Source of the DNA: an uncultured bacterium
GTDB taxonomy: Bacteria > Abyssobacteria > SURF-5
NCBI GenBank assembly: GCA_964510165.1
Contig: CAZEBC010000029.1
Span: 17,001 to 27,712, forward strand
DNA: 10,712 nt
Reading direction: 5' to 3'
The notes under the pieces were generated by a model. It made no database searches, had not been told where the DNA came from, and was given only the letters and a program-made list of their open reading frames with translations. Of this stretch, positions 6,970-10,712 are shown in pieces (position 1 is the stretch's first letter; each line of letters begins with the position of its first letter). A program made the position numbers and the translations under genes.

Positions 6970-8734
6970 AGACAATGATTTTTCCGCTCAAGTATGGTAT
7001 TTGCTGGACGACGGCGCCACCCAGCAAGGGGAGCAGTTTCCGAGCAATCTCTTCATCCCGAGGACTCATGTGCCAGGTATGGAGGACTATATATCTGACA
7101 CCGTGCTTCCGCAGGCCAAGCCGAGTGCTTTCAAGGCTGGAACGTGTCTCGGGTTGGATGGCGGTGTTTAAGTAGTATTTCGTGAGTTCTCCTGTCTTGA
7201 CCGCCTGTAAGAACTCATCCTGTTCAAAGAGCGCGTCGGCGCCCGGGGAGCGACGCGGCACTTGTCCGCCCAAAATCGGTTTTTGATGAGCAATTTGAAA
7301 GTACATGCTTATCGGGCGCATATCTTCATCGGTTGGGATGTCGAGAATGGCGTAGTCGGCGTCGTCGGCTGCCAGGGTTCTGAAAAAGTCGGGAACAGCC
7401 AAGCGGGCTGGTTTAAGGGGCGCGGCAAAATTTTCAATGAGGACAAAGGTCGAGGCGGCGGCGGCCACAGCCAGTCCCCTTCCGTACCTCTCTCCCACTA
7501 TAGTCTTGACGCCGAATGCGGCCATGATTGCAAGCGAAAGCATTACGAGCACGATCATGCGTTCGGGCGCTCGCGCAACTTGGAAAAAAGGGACCCATTT
7601 GTACAGGAGTAAGTATGGGAGCGGAATGCCGCGATAAACAGTTCCACCAATGTGCAGATATGGACCCATCGAGAGGATGAGGAACAGACAGCCCGCGCAG
7701 AACCAGAACAATCTCTGCTTGCCCCTCGCCCGGACAGCGCCGACTATCGCTAGGACTATTGCGGTATACCCCAAAAAGCTCTTGAGTCCGATTACTCGCC
7801 AGTCGATGCCCTTGGCATAAAGATCCTCAAAGCTTACGAACATATCGTAGAATCTCTGGTAAAAGCTGGGGATAAAGAAGCTCAGCGCATCATTGGAAAA
7901 CGCGGCAGCGGTATCCAGTTCCATCGTTGCCGCTGACAACGCGTTCCCTGAAAGAAACGACCGCAGGGCTGGCATGAACGGAAAGAGGAACACAAGAAAT
8001 GTCGCCAACCCTGCGAGGCCGTATTTTCCGAGCGAGAGCAGGTAGGTCCTGTCCTGTCGGCCCTTGACGATATAGGCGCCAATCAGCAACGCCGCCAGAA
8101 TCAAAACGAAAAGCGAATACTCCAGCGACGAATAGAACAGGCACGCTGCGCCAATGCCGGACAATATCCCGAACCAGAGTGAGGGTTGCTTTAGGAGAAT
8201 CAGCAGGAAGAAAGCGAAGAACACAACGAATTCAAAACAGAACAGATTGAGCGCCGAAAGGTTCCAGATCCGATTGGCGCAGAACGAGAAGATCAACCCT
8301 GCCACAAACGCCCCGAAAGCGTTCTCGGTAACCTCTCGCGCCAGCAGAAACATGCCGTAGGCGGCGGTCACAAAAGAGGAGAGCACGATCAAGGTGTAAG
8401 CGGTTATTGCTCCCTGCTCGTTTCCCATAAAGCACTGGAACGGCAGCGAAATCATGCCGTACACGCCCGTAAACGGCAGAAACGCCAGAGAAGTCCCATG
8501 CGGATAGTATAGGTATGTGGTGAAGAAAGGAGTCGTATGCAGACGAAACATCGAATGTTGCATCCACCACCAGTTCCAGAGGAAGATGAAGGAATCGCGG
8601 TTAAAATGATTTGAGGGATCGGAGACGTCAATCGGCAGTTCATCAAGATGGATAACCACCGGGTAAGTCATACCTATAGCGACCAGCCCGTAGACGAGCA
8701 GCAAGACCGCGTGAGTATGCCATTTGTGTTGCAT
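6944..8734 (-). CDS. Polytopic membrane protein, YfhO-like / uncharacterised GT-C type glycosyltransferase
   Basis: 596-aa ORF with ATG preceded by GGAAGA. An N-terminal TM is followed by an Asp-containing loop (RDSFIFLWNWWW...PFFTTYLYYPHGTSLAF), then GMFLLAR...AFVAGLIFSF, LILSMGP...LPYLLLY...FQVARAPERM, and a soluble C-terminal region (ILDIP...MYFQIAHQKPILGG...GVRYIVLH). The CDS is secure; the family call is from memory of similar proteins. Confidence 0.6.
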   Translation of the reverse strand: MQHKWHTHAVLLLVYGLVAIGMTYPVVIHLDELPIDVSDPSNHFNRDSFIFLWNWWWMQHSMFRLHTTPFFTTYLYYPHGTSLAFLPFTGVYGMISLPFQCFMGNEQGAITAYTLIVLSSFVTAAYGMFLLAREVTENAFGAFVAGLIFSFCANRIWNLSALNLFCFEFVVFFAFFLLILLKQPSLWFGILSGIGAACLFYSSLEYSLFVLILAALLIGAYIVKGRQDRTYLLSLGKYGLAGLATFLVFLFPFMPALRSFLSGNALSAATMELDTAAAFSNDALSFFIPSFYQRFYDMFVSFEDLYAKGIDWRVIGLKSFLGYTAIVLAIVGAVRARGKQRLFWFCAGCLFLILSMGPYLHIGGTVYRGIPLPYLLLYKWVPFFQVARAPERMIVLVMLSLAIMAAFGVKTIVGERYGRGLAVAAAASTFVLIENFAAPLKPARLAVPDFFRTLAADDADYAILDIPTDEDMRPISMYFQIAHQKPILGGQVPRRSPGADALFEQDEFLQAVKTGELTKYYLNTAIQPETRSSLESTRLGLRKHGVRYIVLHTWHMSPRDEEIARKLLPLLGGAVVQQIPYLSGKIIVYELAREQF

Positions 8735-8771
8735 GTAGTCGTTCTTCCGTGGCTAAAACCGTGCGGTTACG

Positions 8772-8801
8772 AGTATCCCATAATCAGGATTGCAGTGTCA
8801 A
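8772..8801 (-). promoter_or_regulatory. Putative sigma70-type promoter for the leftward three-gene GT-C operon
   Basis: Minus strand perfect TTGACA (8801..8796), 18-nt spacer, GATACT (8777..8772) preceded by TG-G (extended -10 pattern), 37 nt upstream of the ATG at 8734. Confidence 0.6.
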
Positions 8802-8823
8802 CCTCGACAAAGCGCCAATAGTA

Positions 8824-8852
8824 TTGTATTCTTCGGGAAAAGCGGGTAGAAT
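8824..8852 (+). promoter_or_regulatory. Putative sigma70-type promoter for the ArnT/PMT-like gene
   Basis: TTGTAT (8824..8829), 17-nt spacer, TAGAAT (8847..8852), 41 nt upstream of the ATG at 8894. Confidence 0.6.
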
Positions 8853-8893
8853 CCTGCGAGCAAAAAGAAACGATTGAGAGGATTGCGATTTGT

Positions 8894-10636
8894 ATGGATT
8901 GCCGCGTTTCTGGATTCGTTCCATCTCTTGAAACTTTCGTGGTCGCTCGGTACCGAATCCTGGTTGCAGGTCTTCTTATTGTTAACTTCCTGCTTGCCGT
9001 AGCGAGTGCAAGGAACAAGTCACTCACGTATGATGAGACTTCATACATTGCAGTCGGGAACTACATGGTCGAGACGGGCGACACGGAGGCTCTCGTGCCG
9101 GGAAGTCCGCCACTCCCCTGTTTCGTCAATGGTATATTCTGGGCTTTTTTCGATTTCGACCGTTCATTTTGGACCAATTTCAGGCAGGCGCACGAATCCG
9201 GTTTCCGCTGCCTGCCCCTGATTTTCGAGTCGCGTCACAACCCCGACCTGCTGGTTTTTCTGGCCAGGCTCCCGATCATCCTCACTTTCCCGATACTGGG
9301 GCTCTTGATATTCAAATGGGCCAAAGACATTTTCGGGCTTAAGGCGGCCCTGCTGGCGCTTACGCTGGCAGCGTTCTGCCCCAATTTGCTGGCGCACTCG
9401 CAATTGGCAGCAACAGACTTCTTGGCCGCGGTGACCTTTTTCGGATCCGCATACTTTTTTCGAAGATATCTGAAACAACCGGGCTGGAGGAATCTAGTCA
9501 TTGCTGGATGCGTCATGGGGCTGGCGTTCATGACCAAGTACACGGCGCTTATCTTGATTCCCACCTATCTTCTGCTCTTGGTGCTGTTGCCCCGCGCCGA
9601 CCGAGAGAGCATACGCACCATTTTCCGCCCGGCGGAATACTTTCGGAATTCCAAGGTTTTGGAGAGAAGCGCCGGACAGCCGCCAATGTTCATTGCCGCA
9701 GCGCTCATGGTCGTCATCGCGTTTTTCATTATTTGGAGCGGATATTTCTTTGAATTCCGTTCGCTCTATGTGCCTTCGTTCCTGGAGAGCTCCGACGACG
9801 CCGGTTATAACTCGATTCTGCACCATATGCAGGAAGCAGACATTCGAATCCCGGCGGCGAGCTATTTCGTCAATTTGTATCATCAATCCGTTCATGGGAG
9901 GTCCGGGCATCCAAGCTACTTCATGGGAGAGACATCATGGCGGGGACGTTGGTACTATTTTCCGGTTGCGTTCTTGATCAAGACCCCCGTAGCGATGATA
10001 ATGCTCCTGGTGTTAGTCACACTACTTGTTGTCAAACCTTTCTATCGAAAGCAAGGAGAAGAAGCATTCCTTGTTGTGCCGGTGGTTTTCCTTGCGGTAG
10101 CCAGCGTCTTTTCTGACATTAATATCGGGCTCCGCCACATTTTGCCAATCTATCCGTTTCTGTTTGTATACGTCAGCCGGGCCGTGAATTACAAGCTCTT
10201 CAGGCTGTACCCGGGAGCCGTCGTGCTCCTCGTGCTTTGGTATGTGGGTTCAAACCTCTACATTTATCCGCACTATCTGGAATACTTCAACGAGCTTATC
10301 GGGGGACCCAAGAACGGATACAAATATCTGGTCGATTCCAATCTTGATTGGGGACAAGACCTCAAGCTGTTACTCAAATATCTGAAGGAGAAAGACATTA
10401 AGCCAAAAAAGATTGTCTACTTTGGCCCTCCTCGGCTCTTGGCCTATTACGGATACCAGAATGGCGAGGCAGACTGCGACAGGGTTGACGACGGCTTTGT
10501 CGCTGTCAGCGCCACCCATTTGTACAGCCTTTACACGTATCCATACTGTCACGATTGGCTCAGAGAATATGAGCCGGTGGACAGGATTGCCTACTCCATC
10601 TTCATATACAGGATTCCACCCACCCACAGCCCTTGA
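8894..10636 (+). CDS. ArnT/PMT-like (GT83/GT39) phospholipid-carrier-dependent glycosyltransferase
   Basis: 580-aa polytopic ORF. The first loop carries SLTYDETSYIAVG (DE motif), followed by PPL, LARLP, FCPNLLAHSQLAATD, GLAFMTKYTA, WYYFPVAFLIKTP, NIGLRHILPIYPF and HYLEYFNELIGGP...LVDSNLDWGQDL. The exact start is uncertain (AGAGG is 12 nt upstream of ATG 8894). Not called arnT because the substrate is unknown and no arn genes are adjacent. Confidence 0.85.
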   Translation: MDCRVSGFVPSLETFVVARYRILVAGLLIVNFLLAVASARNKSLTYDETSYIAVGNYMVETGDTEALVPGSPPLPCFVNGIFWAFFDFDRSFWTNFRQAHESGFRCLPLIFESRHNPDLLVFLARLPIILTFPILGLLIFKWAKDIFGLKAALLALTLAAFCPNLLAHSQLAATDFLAAVTFFGSAYFFRRYLKQPGWRNLVIAGCVMGLAFMTKYTALILIPTYLLLLVLLPRADRESIRTIFRPAEYFRNSKVLERSAGQPPMFIAAALMVVIAFFIIWSGYFFEFRSLYVPSFLESSDDAGYNSILHHMQEADIRIPAASYFVNLYHQSVHGRSGHPSYFMGETSWRGRWYYFPVAFLIKTPVAMIMLLVLVTLLVVKPFYRKQGEEAFLVVPVVFLAVASVFSDINIGLRHILPIYPFLFVYVSRAVNYKLFRLYPGAVVLLVLWYVGSNLYIYPHYLEYFNELIGGPKNGYKYLVDSNLDWGQDLKLLLKYLKEKDIKPKKIVYFGPPRLLAYYGYQNGEADCDRVDDGFVAVSATHLYSLYTYPYCHDWLREYEPVDRIAYSIFIYRIPPTHSP

Positions 10637-10643
10637 TAATCCC

Positions 10644-10680
10644 AAAAAACGATGCGGGATGGGCATGAAACCCATCCCGC
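10644..10680. terminator. GC-rich hairpin, probable intrinsic terminator (U-tract on the minus strand)
   Basis: GCGGGATGGG (10654..10663), 7-nt loop, CCCATCCCGC (10671..10680): a perfect 10-bp stem 17 nt after the stop of 8894..10636. The A6 at 10644..10649 gives a U-tract for a minus-strand transcript; there is no U-tract on the plus strand. Confidence 0.6.
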
Positions 10681-10712
10681 GGGCACAACAAAGGGTTCAG
10701 GATTTTATCTCA

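Noticed and set aside
8767..9048. 93-aa minus-strand ORF spanning the divergent promoter region
   Set aside because: It overlaps the ArnT/PMT-like gene antisense and both predicted promoters, and has no recognisable protein features.
2981..10636. Horizontally acquired island, based on locally lower GC (spot check: 25/60 GC at 4261..4320 versus 43/60 at 1261..1320)
   Set aside because: These are spot checks only, the equivalent part of paralog B is 36/60, hydrophobic-residue codons bias composition, and no integrase, tRNA or flanking direct repeats are visible.
8894..10636. Calling this gene arnT (lipid A L-Ara4N transferase, polymyxin resistance)
   Set aside because: Only family-level motifs are present and no arnBCADEF genes are nearby, so the substrate cannot be assigned.
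1..10712. CRISPR array, tRNA/rRNA, riboswitch, IS element or defence system
   Set aside because: No regularly spaced repeats, cloverleaf or rRNA signatures, transposase or nuclease motifs were seen. The intergenic spaces are short and explained by promoters and one hairpin.

Overview
Bacterial window, densely coding, with no RNA genes, mobile elements or CRISPR arrays visible. From the left it holds the first 21 codons of a minus-strand membrane protein that the ORF track missed (1..65), then a complete pyruvate, phosphate dikinase (ppdK, minus strand, likely GTG start at 2849) with an unusual 34-aa Lys/Arg-rich C-terminal tail. A cluster of four polytopic membrane proteins follows, and all four look like lipid-linked-sugar-dependent (GT-C fold) glycosyltransferases of three different types. 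Two are tandem paralogs (2981..4957 and 4954..~6969) with TMTC-like membrane motifs that end in a beta-rich, carbohydrate-binding-like domain instead of TPRs. One is a YfhO-like or uncharacterised GT-C type protein (6944..8734). The last is a divergently transcribed ArnT/PMT (GT83/GT39)-like protein (8894..10636). Back-to-back sigma70-like promoters sit in 8735..8893, a separate promoter with inverted repeats precedes ppdK, and a 10-bp hairpin lies at the right end. The best candidate for an undescribed system is the four-gene GT-C locus, a putative extracytoplasmic protein or cell-envelope glycosylation system. Family assignments come from motif recognition by eye, not from database searches.
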